Below, one piece after another: positions 6,476 to 13,836 of a stretch of DNA of 42,457 nucleotides (position 1 is its first letter; every line of letters starts with the position of its first letter). This DNA is from a virus. The position numbers and the translations under genes were made by a program. The DNA is taken from the IMG/VR virus record IMGVR_UViG_3300045988_098704; one strand, given 5' to 3'. The notes under the pieces are model-generated. The model was given only the letters and a program-made list of their open reading frames with translations, had not been told where the DNA came from and did not search any database.

Positions 6476-7324
6476 TTATTGCAGTGTACAATCTGACAGC
6501 TGGACGTTTGCGACAAAAAAGCCTGTACACTCTCCGACAATCGTTACAGAGTCTCCATCTCTCAGTGAGGCCAAGTCACTGCTTGATTCCTGGAAAAAGC
6601 ATTGGACCGGATAAAGGTTAAGGTCTGAGCCGGAGTCCAAGCTGATACATGGTTTTTTTGTAACCATATCCTGGCCGATATTTGTAATTATTCCTGTGAC
6701 AGCAACTCGCTTGTTTTTGTATAGCGCATCAGCGTTTACAGCGTTTTGTGTATAGGCAGTGTATAGGTTCCTTGCGGAGACGCTGATGGGCGGCTCTTCG
6801 ACTGACATAGATCCGCTTACGGAGGTAGATGGTTCTGCTTCGGGAACCTCATCCAGCATTGAGGCAATAATCCCGGAAAATGCTATAATCGAAACAGCGA
6901 GGATGACACCGAACACCGTCTGTGTTGCCTTAATTTTCTTTCGTTCTCTGGTCCCGCGAACGTCTGTATCGTGAATTCGCTCCAACGTGAATATAGTCTT
7001 TTTATATATGAAATATTCTTTTGGATTTGCTTCGCCGATAACAACACTTTCACGAACGGCACATTTGCGGTTAAGAATCAGTTCAACCGTGTGCACTCCG
7101 AACGGCACACTTATGTCCATTTGCTCAGAGCACTTCATAGATCCAACATTTTTACCATCAACAAGAATATCGGTTTTTACAAGCAGGCTCCACTTCGGGT
7201 CATCCCAATGAAAGTGTATCACGCCATATAGGGTCTCTTGGCTCATCGGACACCCACAATGCGGGCAAGTCGGCGCCTGGTCGGATACTTCTTTTCCGCA
7301 CTCTCGACAATGAATAATCGCCAT
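6476..7324 (-). CDS. Zinc-ribbon membrane protein: N-terminal CxxC..CxxC, beta-rich middle region, one TM helix, C-terminal OB-fold-like (tRNA_anti-like) domain
   Basis: ORF 6476..7333. The second ATG (7324) has the better SD spacing. CRECGKEVSDQAPTCPHCG; TM segment VFGVILAVSIIAFSGIIASML; C-terminal LYKNKRVAVTGIITNIG...GDSVTIVGECTG. Confidence 0.8.
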   Translation of the reverse strand: MAIIHCRECGKEVSDQAPTCPHCGCPMSQETLYGVIHFHWDDPKWSLLVKTDILVDGKNVGSMKCSEQMDISVPFGVHTVELILNRKCAVRESVVIGEANPKEYFIYKKTIFTLERIHDTDVRGTRERKKIKATQTVFGVILAVSIIAFSGIIASMLDEVPEAEPSTSVSGSMSVEEPPISVSARNLYTAYTQNAVNADALYKNKRVAVTGIITNIGQDMVTKKPCISLDSGSDLNLYPVQCFFQESSSDLASLRDGDSVTIVGECTGFFVANVQLSDCTLQ

Positions 7325-7399
7325 ATACAGCATCTCCCATTTAGTTTATGGTTCCTTCTATGCTTCCGCTCTGGTATTCCAGCACCGGGGCTGGGATTT

Positions 7400-7648
7400 T
7401 TATTCTATTACCCAAGAGTTCCCACAACTTTGGCAGAGGCAGGTTTTTTCTATAATGGTTTTTGTTTTTTCGTTTCCTTTTGATTTTTTCCAAACAAGGT
7501 TAGACATCCCAAATGTAGAGAGAGCGGTGAGTGTGCGGGCTGTATTGTTCACATGGCCAAGCACCCCATTCCCCTTTTTTGCAGTCTTGCTTCCCACCTC
7601 TACCATTTGAACTGTGACATTTTCGCTTCCGCATTTCGGACATACCAT
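7400..7648 (-). CDS. Small double zinc-ribbon protein
   Basis: AGGAG SD. CPKCGS ... CQSCGNSW. Confidence 0.7.
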   Translation of the reverse strand: MVCPKCGSENVTVQMVEVGSKTAKKGNGVLGHVNNTARTLTALSTFGMSNLVWKKSKGNEKTKTIIEKTCLCQSCGNSWVIE

Positions 7649-7663
7649 CGTTCATTCTCCTCT

Positions 7664-8125
7664 CTATATATTTCGCTCTCCAGCGAATTGGTTACACACA
7701 ATATTTTTCATTCTGTATTCCGCCAAATTTATTGGAACCCCCATATAAAGAGCTACATCACAAATAGATCGATTCAGGAATGGTCTTAATTCTTGATCGG
7801 AGTAAATCATACAGACAGAGAATTGGTTTGCTTGAACCTCAAGCTTGTTCACAGAAAAGAAAGTTGAAGCCCGCAAAAATGGCGTATTCGTGTTTGGATG
7901 TAAGATGAAGTGCGCCAGTTCGTGCCCACAGGTAAATAGAGCCTGCTGCCGTTCCAAATCCTGATTTATGTGGATAAATGCTTGACGCAGGCTCTTGCTG
8001 TAATAGCCGCGAATACTGCCCAACGGTTCATACAAAACAATGATGTTCCGTCCCTCTGCAATCTCAAACGGGTCTCTTGAATTGTACTTTTTGCAGATTT
8101 GCTCTGCCAGACCCTTAATATCCAC
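7664..8125 (-). CDS. immA: ImmA/IrrE-family zinc metallopeptidase (anti-repressor protease partner of the repressor)
   Basis: HELAHFILH (HEXXH) motif. GTG start at 8125 follows an AGGGAG SD and lies 1 nt after the repressor stop. The longer track ORF to 8257 overlaps the repressor gene. Confidence 0.85.
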   Translation of the reverse strand: MDIKGLAEQICKKYNSRDPFEIAEGRNIIVLYEPLGSIRGYYSKSLRQAFIHINQDLERQQALFTCGHELAHFILHPNTNTPFLRASTFFSVNKLEVQANQFSVCMIYSDQELRPFLNRSICDVALYMGVPINLAEYRMKNIVCNQFAGERNI

Positions 8126-8126
8126 G

Positions 8127-8738
8127 TTATTCTCCCTCTTTACGGTACTTTTTAGGAGTAAACTTTTGCTTCGCGATTCGCTTGCTGATTTCCAGCTGAT
8201 TCCGCAGACTGACTTCAAGCAATTGCCTGGTTTCTTCGTCGATCGGCTCCCCATCAAACATCAAACTATCGATTGGGCCGTTTAGGTCTTCAATCATGGC
8301 GGATAAACGCCGTTCAATGTCGCGCTCATCCTTTTTTGTAAGGGTGGGCGCTTTTTCTTTTTCCTCTGTTAGTTCTGATATGGGTACTCCGAAGTAGTCG
8401 GCGATTTTCTGTGCGGTGGCATCTGTAGGATTCCCGCCCGCTTTCCACCTTGTTACAGATGATTTTTTCAATCCAACTTCAAGGGCAACAGCCGACGGTG
8501 ATTTTTTAACGGAATTGCAAAGCCTCAGATAATTTTCATAAAAGACATTTTCCGGTTCTTTTAATGCATCAACAGGTACGCCGAAATAATCCGCCAATCT
8601 TTTAATCGTTATATCATTTGGCTTTTTCCCGTTTTTCCACCCTGTTGCAGCGGCATTAGAAAGGCCGATATTTTTAGATACTTGAGTTGGTGATTCCCCT
8701 TTTTGAGCGCACAAAGATATAAATTTGTCATAAAACAT
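8127..8738 (-). CDS. immR: XRE-family repressor with two tandem HTH domains (ImmR/CI-like)
   Basis: Two HTH_3-like units: SPTQVSKNIGLSNAAATGWKNGKKP and SPSAVALEVGLKKSSVTRWKAGGNP. Sits at the head of the lysogeny operon. Confidence 0.9.
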   Translation of the reverse strand: MFYDKFISLCAQKGESPTQVSKNIGLSNAAATGWKNGKKPNDITIKRLADYFGVPVDALKEPENVFYENYLRLCNSVKKSPSAVALEVGLKKSSVTRWKAGGNPTDATAQKIADYFGVPISELTEEKEKAPTLTKKDERDIERRLSAMIEDLNGPIDSLMFDGEPIDEETRQLLEVSLRNQLEISKRIAKQKFTPKKYRKEGE

Positions 8739-8759
8739 AAATAACAGCCTCTAAATTTG

Positions 8760-8944
8760 TGCAACTCAACAAAGTGCAAAAAGTTAACTACAAAGCGGTT
8801 GACAACTAACTGAGCTAGCTATATAATGAACTTGTGAGTTGCAAATGATAACAAAACACCAGACCCCGGAGTTGCCTCCCGTGTCAACCGCTTTTATGTA
8901 TCTCGCAAATTCATAATAGCACATATTGTTAACTTTTGCAACTA
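8760..8944. promoter_or_regulatory. Operator-like repeats around the rightward promoter
   Basis: TGCAACTCA at 8760-8768, its inverse TGAGTTGCA at 8835-8843, and TGCAACTA at 8937-8944. A 12-nt perfect inverted repeat AAGCGGTTGACA (8793-8804) / TGTCAACCGCTT (8882-8893). GTTAAC-containing arms at 8776-8788 and 8930-8941. Confidence 0.5.
8799..8827 (+). promoter_or_regulatory. Consensus sigma-A type promoter firing rightward (candidate early/lytic promoter)
   Basis: TTGACA (8799-8804), 17-nt spacer, TATAAT (8822-8827). Confidence 0.7.
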
Positions 8945-8956
8945 CTTTTTATCTCT

Positions 8957-9159
8957 CCCATACAGCCCCCATAGAATGGGTGCTAAAAAGGAATTAGGTT
9001 AGTTTTTTACAAGTGTATAGCTTGCGCCACTCCCATTCTGGAAGTAGCCCATGCTATCCAACCTGTACCCCTGTTTTAAAAGCTGGATAACTTCGGCAGG
9101 GGAATAAGTCAGAATCTTCTCTATATTCTCACCCCCTTTCTATTCGGGGGCTGTATGGG
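8957..9159. repeat. Long-range inverted repeat enclosing about 150 bp of the switch region
   Basis: 8957-8980 cccatacagcccccatagaatggg pairs with 9134-9159 cccctttctattcgggggctgtatggg. The repeat has a 14-nt perfect core plus 6 + 3 further pairs. Confidence 0.6.
8999..9124 (-). CDS. Possible mini-ORF (41 aa) with a strong SD but only a non-canonical ATA start; paralogous to the 9225..9383 mini-ORF
   Basis: Minus strand reads AAAGGGGG, 7 nt, ATA GAG AAG..., giving IEKILTYSPAEVIQLLKQGYRLDSMGYFQNGSGASYTLVKN. An in-frame TAG lies immediately upstream of the SD. Confidence 0.2.
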   Translation of the reverse strand: MEKILTYSPAEVIQLLKQGYRLDSMGYFQNGSGASYTLVKN

Positions 9160-9180
9160 CGAAATAAATTGACTTAGGCG

Positions 9181-9214
9181 GGAAAGAAAACTGCCCTGTG
9201 CGGTGACACAGGGC
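9181..9214 (-). terminator. Rho-independent terminator for leftward transcription
   Basis: 8-bp stem gccctgtg / cacagggc (9193-9214). The minus strand continues agttttctttcc. Confidence 0.55.
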
Positions 9215-9224
9215 GGTTATGGGG

Positions 9225-9383
9225 TTACTTACTACCCAGTATCCGGCTCCACTGAGAGCCTTTTTCCAGGTGGTAAGAGATTGCCCCATTAGGTAAGAAT
9301 TTGGATAGCGCAACAATGGCGTATCCGTCCTTCAAATACCTGTCCTTCTCCGTTTCGGAGACACAGAACACCTTCTGGACGAT
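9225..9383 (-). CDS. Possible mini-cistron (48-52 aa) with its own consensus promoter, strong SD and terminator; start codon is ATC (7 nt after the SD) or GTG (19 nt after)
   Basis: Minus strand reads AAGGGAGG tatcgct ATC GTC CAG AAG GTG TTC..., giving (IVQK)VFCVSETEKDRYLKDGYAIVALSKFLPNGAISYHLEKGSQWSRILGSK. Confidence 0.3.
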   Translation of the reverse strand: MVQKVFCVSETEKDRYLKDGYAIVALSKFLPNGAISYHLEKGSQWSRILGSK

Positions 9384-9438
9384 AGCGATACCTCCCTTCT
9401 TGGGACGGAAACCGCCTTATTTGCCAGATGGCATCCTG

Positions 9439-9467
9439 ATTTTACCTGTTCTTTCCCGCTTTGTCAA
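9439..9467 (-). promoter_or_regulatory. Near-consensus sigma-A type promoter firing leftward, facing the 8799 promoter
   Basis: Minus strand reads TTGACA, 17 nt (aagcgggaaagaacagg), TAAAAT. Confidence 0.7.
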
Positions 9468-9494
9468 CATATTAAACAGAATGGAGGGTTGATT

Positions 9495-9749
9495 TTGCCG
9501 GAAGTATGGACTGGGAACCTTATTGGAAAGATGCACAATAAGGACATTACATATGATGAACTGGCCGAGGAGATGGGCGTTACAAAATCCTATATCTCCA
9601 TGATCTTGAATGGGAAGCGCAAGCCTCCTGGTATTAGAAAGCGGATGGAATGTGCTCTTGATTCTGCCATTCAGAAAAAGAGCTGTGCTGTCTGCGAGAT
9701 TCTGGATTTACCGAACCAGAAGCAGGATAGCACAGCAGAAGCCCGTTAA
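9495..9749 (+). CDS. Cro-like / XRE-family HTH protein
   Basis: ORF 9489..9749. GGAGGG SD favours the TTG at 9495. ITYDELAEEMGVTKSYISMILNGKRKP is a classical HTH_3 pattern. Confidence 0.75.
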   Translation: MPEVWTGNLIGKMHNKDITYDELAEEMGVTKSYISMILNGKRKPPGIRKRMECALDSAIQKKSCAVCEILDLPNQKQDSTAEAR

Positions 9750-9774
9750 ACCGGACTGGAAGGAAGGGAAGGAG

Positions 9775-9972
9775 ATGGAAAATAAAAAAAGCGCCGAACA
9801 ATCGACGCTTGGTGATGAACTGGACAAGATTCTCGGCCCAGATGAGTTCAAGTCGCTTGGACAGGACATTGCACTGGTAATCGCGGAGCACAAGTTGACA
9901 GGGAAGCCCGAGATCTGCGAAAAAGTCTTTCGTTATATGTCACTTGTAGTTTTTGGCTGGAACCGGGTGTAG
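9775..9972 (+). CDS. Hypothetical protein (65 aa)
   Basis: AAGGAG SD, ATG at 9775, in frame with ORF 9610..9972. Confidence 0.6.
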   Translation: MENKKSAEQSTLGDELDKILGPDEFKSLGQDIALVIAEHKLTGKPEICEKVFRYMSLVVFGWNRV

Positions 9973-10018
9973 AGAGCGCAGGATTTATAATCTTTGCAGA
10001 ACATGAGGAGGTGAGAAG

Positions 10019-10279
10019 ATGAGCCGATACACGACAAGCGCACAGAGCGCCCTGGGACGTGAGGTTGCCGAAAAGCGCCGCCTGATGTATGAGCGGCACG
10101 GTGGGGTGATGTCTCCCACGGACGTGGCCAGGGAGGCCGGTTATTTTGCCCGGGCGGTCAATGGGGACCGGTGGGCGGAGGAGCATGGCATCCCGGCAAT
10201 CCGGATGGGACCCAGGAAGAGGGGCTATGAGACGGACCTGGTGGCGAAGGCGATCGTCCAGAGCCGTGGAATGGTATAA
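10019..10279 (+). CDS. Hypothetical protein, possible DNA-binding (excisionase-like HTH?)
   Basis: GAGGAGG SD. MSPTDVAREAGYFARAV segment. Confidence 0.65.
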   Translation: MSRYTTSAQSALGREVAEKRRLMYERHGGVMSPTDVAREAGYFARAVNGDRWAEEHGIPAIRMGPRKRGYETDLVAKAIVQSRGMV

Positions 10280-10401
10280 AAACGCCCCGCCGGATGAGCA
10301 GATCCGACAGGGCTGCAAACCTAATCGATTACGCCGACTAGGCTTGTTGGAACAAGTGTACTACTTTTCCTTCGAGCCGTCAAGAGCAAGGAGGAAAATT
10401 T

Positions 10402-10602
10402 ATGCTGAATGACAACAGCACCGCTCGTGAAATCGAGCAGCAGAACGCAAATACAAAGCTCCATATGGACCGGCTGAACCAATCTCTGTATGATGTGACC
10501 TTTGGCGATATGGTTAAGCTGATGGGCAATACTGTGGCTGTTATGTCAAAGGTTTTGGATCGGTGGGCAGAAAGAGAGAATAACAATGAGAACCGCGTAT
10601 GA
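10402..10602 (+). CDS. Hypothetical protein
   Basis: AAGGAGG SD, ORF track. Confidence 0.6.
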   Translation: MLNDNSTAREIEQQNANTKLHMDRLNQSLYDVTFGDMVKLMGNTVAVMSKVLDRWAERENNNENRV

Positions 10603-10798
10603 GATCGTGCGGCGAATCGCGGAGACGGCCATGAGCCGCCATGGGTTGGACGCCAGGAGGCTGGCCAGCGCAACAGGGATCAGCGAGAAGAGCATGGGCA
10701 AGCTCCTGAGGGACGAGCCTGTCCGGCTGGATCAGGAGCAGTATTTTAACCTGTTTGTCCTGGGTGGGTCGATAGAACTGGGAGAGGTGATGAAATGA
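10586..10798 (+). CDS. Hypothetical protein with HTH-like segment
   Basis: ORF track. LASATGISEKSMGKLLR. Confidence 0.55.
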   Translation: MRTAYEIVRRIAETAMSRHGLDARRLASATGISEKSMGKLLRDEPVRLDQEQYFNLFVLGGSIELGEVMK

Positions 10799-10926
10799 AT
10801 CAGACGAGAAATGAGCGGAAGCAGCGGGCGCAGGAACTGCTGTGGATCGCGCTGGTCACCGCGTTTTTGTTCGGCGTCTTTGCGCTGGGCATGAGCGTCG
10901 GCATCTGGCTGACGGAGGTGGCGTGA
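10795..10926 (+). CDS. Hypothetical small membrane protein (43 aa)
   Basis: Own translation: MNQTRNERKQRAQELLWIALVTAFLFGVFALGMSVGIWLTEVA. ATGA and TGATG overlaps with both neighbours. Confidence 0.45.
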   Translation: MNQTRNERKQRAQELLWIALVTAFLFGVFALGMSVGIWLTEVA

Positions 10927-11255
10927 TGTTCACCCCGGAGGAGTTGGCCGAGATGGCAGCCGCCGACGCGGAGATCGAAGCGGAGTTCCGTCTGACACAG
11001 GAGGATCTGGATCGGAGTTATAAATTGGACCGAGAGGTGAAGTTCCGAGCCCTGCCTATGGAAAAACAGAAGCTGGCCGCTCGGCAGAAGGCCTACCGGG
11101 AAGCCAACCGGGAGAAGGTGGCCGAGTACCAGAAGGCCTACCGGGAAGCCAACCGGGAGCAACTGCGGAAACGAGCCCGGAATTATATGCGGGAATACCG
11201 GGCAAAAAAGAGAGCCGCCGCAGGTGCTGGCACACCAACGACGGCAAAGAAATAG
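10926..11255 (+). CDS. Hypothetical basic protein with duplicated QKAYREANRE motif
   Basis: ATG at 10926, in frame with ORF 10842..11255. Confidence 0.65.
   Translation: MFTPEELAEMAAADAEIEAEFRLTQEDLDRSYKLDREVKFRALPMEKQKLAARQKAYREANREKVAEYQKAYREANREQLRKRARNYMREYRAKKRAAAGAGTPTTAKK
11085..11159 (+). repeat. 30-bp perfect direct repeat with a 45-bp period inside the CDS
   Basis: cagaaggcctaccgggaagccaaccgggag at 11085-11114 and 11130-11159. Confidence 0.85.
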
Positions 11256-11297
11256 TAAGACACCCATATTATATGGGACAAGAAAGGAATCGTCAAG

Positions 11298-13232
11298 ATG
11301 GATTTGAAGCTGATGGATCTGGAGATCCAGAATTTTAAGGGCTGTGGGAGGTTATCTCTGCCGCTGGATGGGCGCAGCGCCAGCATTTATGGGGACAACG
11401 CCGCGGGCAAGACCACGGTATACGACGCGCTGACCTGGCTGCTGTTTGGGAAGGACAGCCGTGGGAACGGCAGCTTTGAGATCAAGCCGTTGGACGCCGC
11501 CGGAGAGGTGGCGGACCATGGGGCGGTGACGGAGGTCTCTGCGACGCTGTGGGCGGACGGGGAGCCAGTGACCCTGCGCAAGACCTACTACGAGAAGTGG
11601 AGTGTGAAGCGTGGAAACGCGGACGCCATCTATGACGGGAACACCAGCGAGTACTATGTGGATGATGTCCCTGTCAAGAAGTACGCCTTTGAGGCGAAAG
11701 TGGACGAGCTGGCCGGTGAGGACCGATGGCGGATGCTGACCAGCGTGGGCTGGTTCTGCGAGGGGCTGGACTGGCGGAAACGGCGGGAGGCCCTGTTTGA
11801 GGTGTGTGGCGTGGCCTCCGACCGGGAGATCATGGAGCAGGAGCCGCGCTTCGCGGCGCTGATGGAGTCCATGGGCCGGCTGAGTCTGGAGGACTACAAG
11901 AAGAAGCTTCAGGCCAAGCGTCGGGGGCTGAACGGAGCCCGGGATACAGTTCCGGCCCGTTTGGACGAGTGCAAAAAGACGGTATCCGAGCTGGAGGGGA
12001 TCGACTTCACCGCTCTGGAGGAGGAGCGGGGCCAGGTGGCCGCACGGCGGGACAGCCTGCGGGGCGAACTGATCCAACTGGAGAACAACACCCTGCTGGC
12101 TTCCAAGCGGAATGATGTGGCCCGGCTTGAGAACGAGCTGGCCGCGCTGCGGAATGAGAACCGGCTGCACCGGCAGAGCCAGATCGTCCCGGTGGAGGAC
12201 CGGAGGCCGGCGCTGGAGGCTGAGGTCCGGGCGGCAGAGCGGGATCTGCTGCGCTGCACACAACTGGCCCAGAACGAAAAGGACCTGATGGAGCATCTGG
12301 AGGAGCGGATCGGGCGGTGCCGGGCCCGATGGTCTGAAGCAGCGGAGCAGACTTTTGAGGAAACAGTGTGCCCCACCTGCGGGCAGAGGATGCCGGAGGA
12401 GGCCCAGAAGGCCGCCCAGGCGGCCTTTGAGACGGACCGAAAGAGAGTCCAGACGGAGGCCGTGGAGGAGGCAGATCGGGCTAAGGCGGACCGCTCTATG
12501 GCGCAGGCCCGCCGGGAGGACGCCATTGAGGCGGGGGTCCGGGCGGAAAACGAGATCGCCCGGCTCCGGGCGGAGCTGGAGGCGTACAGAGCCCCGGCAC
12601 CCGCGGAAGTGGAGGACCTTCCCGGATTTGCCCGGCAGGAGGCAGAGCTGACCGCCACCCTGGAGGAGGCCCGCCGTCAGTCGGATAGTCTGAGCCGGGA
12701 GAACGGTGCGATCCGAACCGAGATCGAGGGGCGCATTTCGGAACTCCAGCAGCAGATGGACAGACTGGACCGAGATCTGGGCCGGAGAGCTATGTTGGAC
12801 TATGCCAAAGAGCGGATGGAGGCCCTGCGGCAGGAGGCTCGGGAGAGTGGGCAGCAGCTGGAGGAGCTGGACAAGCTGTTGTTCCTGTGTGACGAGTTCA
12901 GCCGCTGCAAGGTGCGGTACATTGAGGACCAGATCAATGGCCGGTTCCGGTTGGTTCGGTGGAAGCTGTTCCAGGAGCAGGTTAACGGAGGCCTGGCCGA
13001 CTGCTGTGAAGCCACGGTGGATGGGGTCCCGTACCGGTCCATGAACAACGGGTCCAGAGTGAACGCCGGCCTGGACGTGATCCGGACGCTGTCGGAGCAC
13101 TATGGGATGCGGGTGCCGCTGTTCATTGACAACGCGGAGAGCGTGACCGGGCTGCTGCCGGTGGGGGGCCAGACCGTCCGCCTGGTGGTCAGCGCGGGAG
13201 ATAAAGAGCTGAGGTGTGAATATGAAAATTAA
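11298..13232 (+). CDS. SMC/Rad50/SbcC-like AAA ATPase with long coiled coil and a central CxxC zinc-hook-like motif
   Basis: Walker A GDNAAGKTT; coiled-coil-rich middle region; ETVCPTCGQRMP; C-terminal PLFIDNAES (Walker B/D-loop-like). Confidence 0.85.
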   Translation: MDLKLMDLEIQNFKGCGRLSLPLDGRSASIYGDNAAGKTTVYDALTWLLFGKDSRGNGSFEIKPLDAAGEVADHGAVTEVSATLWADGEPVTLRKTYYEKWSVKRGNADAIYDGNTSEYYVDDVPVKKYAFEAKVDELAGEDRWRMLTSVGWFCEGLDWRKRREALFEVCGVASDREIMEQEPRFAALMESMGRLSLEDYKKKLQAKRRGLNGARDTVPARLDECKKTVSELEGIDFTALEEERGQVAARRDSLRGELIQLENNTLLASKRNDVARLENELAALRNENRLHRQSQIVPVEDRRPALEAEVRAAERDLLRCTQLAQNEKDLMEHLEERIGRCRARWSEAAEQTFEETVCPTCGQRMPEEAQKAAQAAFETDRKRVQTEAVEEADRAKADRSMAQARREDAIEAGVRAENEIARLRAELEAYRAPAPAEVEDLPGFARQEAELTATLEEARRQSDSLSRENGAIRTEIEGRISELQQQMDRLDRDLGRRAMLDYAKERMEALRQEARESGQQLEELDKLLFLCDEFSRCKVRYIEDQINGRFRLVRWKLFQEQVNGGLADCCEATVDGVPYRSMNNGSRVNAGLDVIRTLSEHYGMRVPLFIDNAESVTGLLPVGGQTVRLVVSAGDKELRCEYEN

Positions 13233-13836
13233 GGACCGGGCGAAGCCCAAGCTCCCACCTGTGGAGCCGGGGGTGTACATTGCCACCTGCGTGGGCGTGG
13301 TGGATCTGGGGGAGCAGTACAGCGAGAAGTTCAAGAACTACCGCAACGAGGTTCAGTTCATTTGGGAGCTGTCCGGGGAGACAGTGGAGGTGGATGGAGA
13401 AGTGAAGCCCCGGCAGCTCTCCCGTACCTTCTCCTTCGCCGTCGGTAAAAAGAGCAGCCTGAGGGGATTCCTGAGCAGCTGGAACGGAGTGCAGTACAGC
13501 GATGAGCAGTTTGGAGAGCTGGAGGTATTTGACCAGGTTGGCCGCGCCTGTCAGCTGAACGTGGTGCTCAACGACACCGGGGAGTATGCCAACGTGGACA
13601 GCGTGATCCCTCTGCCCAAGGGGATGCCGGCGCCAAAGACGGACACAGAACCCATCTGCTGGGACATGGAACGATGGGACGACGCGGTGTTCCAGGCGCT
13701 GCCGGAATGGGTGCAGGAGAAGATCAAGAAGTCCACCCAGTACCAGAAGGAGCACACGCCAACGGACACGGTGGACTTCCCGGCTCAGGCGGAGCGAAGC
13801 GGACTTTGCAAGGACGAAGGGGGTTGTCCCATTTGA
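13222..13836 (+). CDS. DUF669-like phage protein (ssDNA-binding / recombination-associated)
   Basis: ORF 13216..13836. GAGG SD favours the ATG at 13222. PPVEPGVYIATCVGVVDLGEQ pattern, and the position after the ATPase is typical. Confidence 0.7.
   Translation: MKIKDRAKPKLPPVEPGVYIATCVGVVDLGEQYSEKFKNYRNEVQFIWELSGETVEVDGEVKPRQLSRTFSFAVGKKSSLRGFLSSWNGVQYSDEQFGELEVFDQVGRACQLNVVLNDTGEYANVDSVIPLPKGMPAPKTDTEPICWDMERWDDAVFQALPEWVQEKIKKSTQYQKEHTPTDTVDFPAQAERSGLCKDEGGCPI

Noticed and set aside
7377-7400. Hairpin ccagc/gctgg followed by a T-run, considered as a terminator.
   Set aside because: The T-tract is on the plus strand while all neighbouring genes are on the minus strand, and the stem has only 5-7 bp. 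It may stop antisense transcription, but the evidence is too weak to annotate.
8739-8830. A dedicated sigma-A promoter for the immR operon on the minus strand.
   Set aside because: Only weak candidates exist (for example TTGAGT-17-TGTTAT, which would make a leaderless mRNA). None is good enough to annotate, so the immR promoter remains unassigned.
9301-9492. 63-aa plus-strand ORF in the switch region.
   Set aside because: It has no SD, is antisense to the better-supported mini-cistron, and has an implausible composition. It is probably non-coding leader.
11352-13334. 660-aa ORF on the minus strand opposite the ATPase gene. Similar long antisense ORFs occur at 3250..4134, 13189..13848, 13785..14540, 15534..16136, 20490..21432, 24567..25403 and 41876..42457.
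   Set aside because: These are shadow ORFs typical of high-GC coding DNA. Their translations are Pro/Arg/Gly/Leu-rich low-complexity, they lack SDs, and each lies fully inside a well-supported plus-strand gene.
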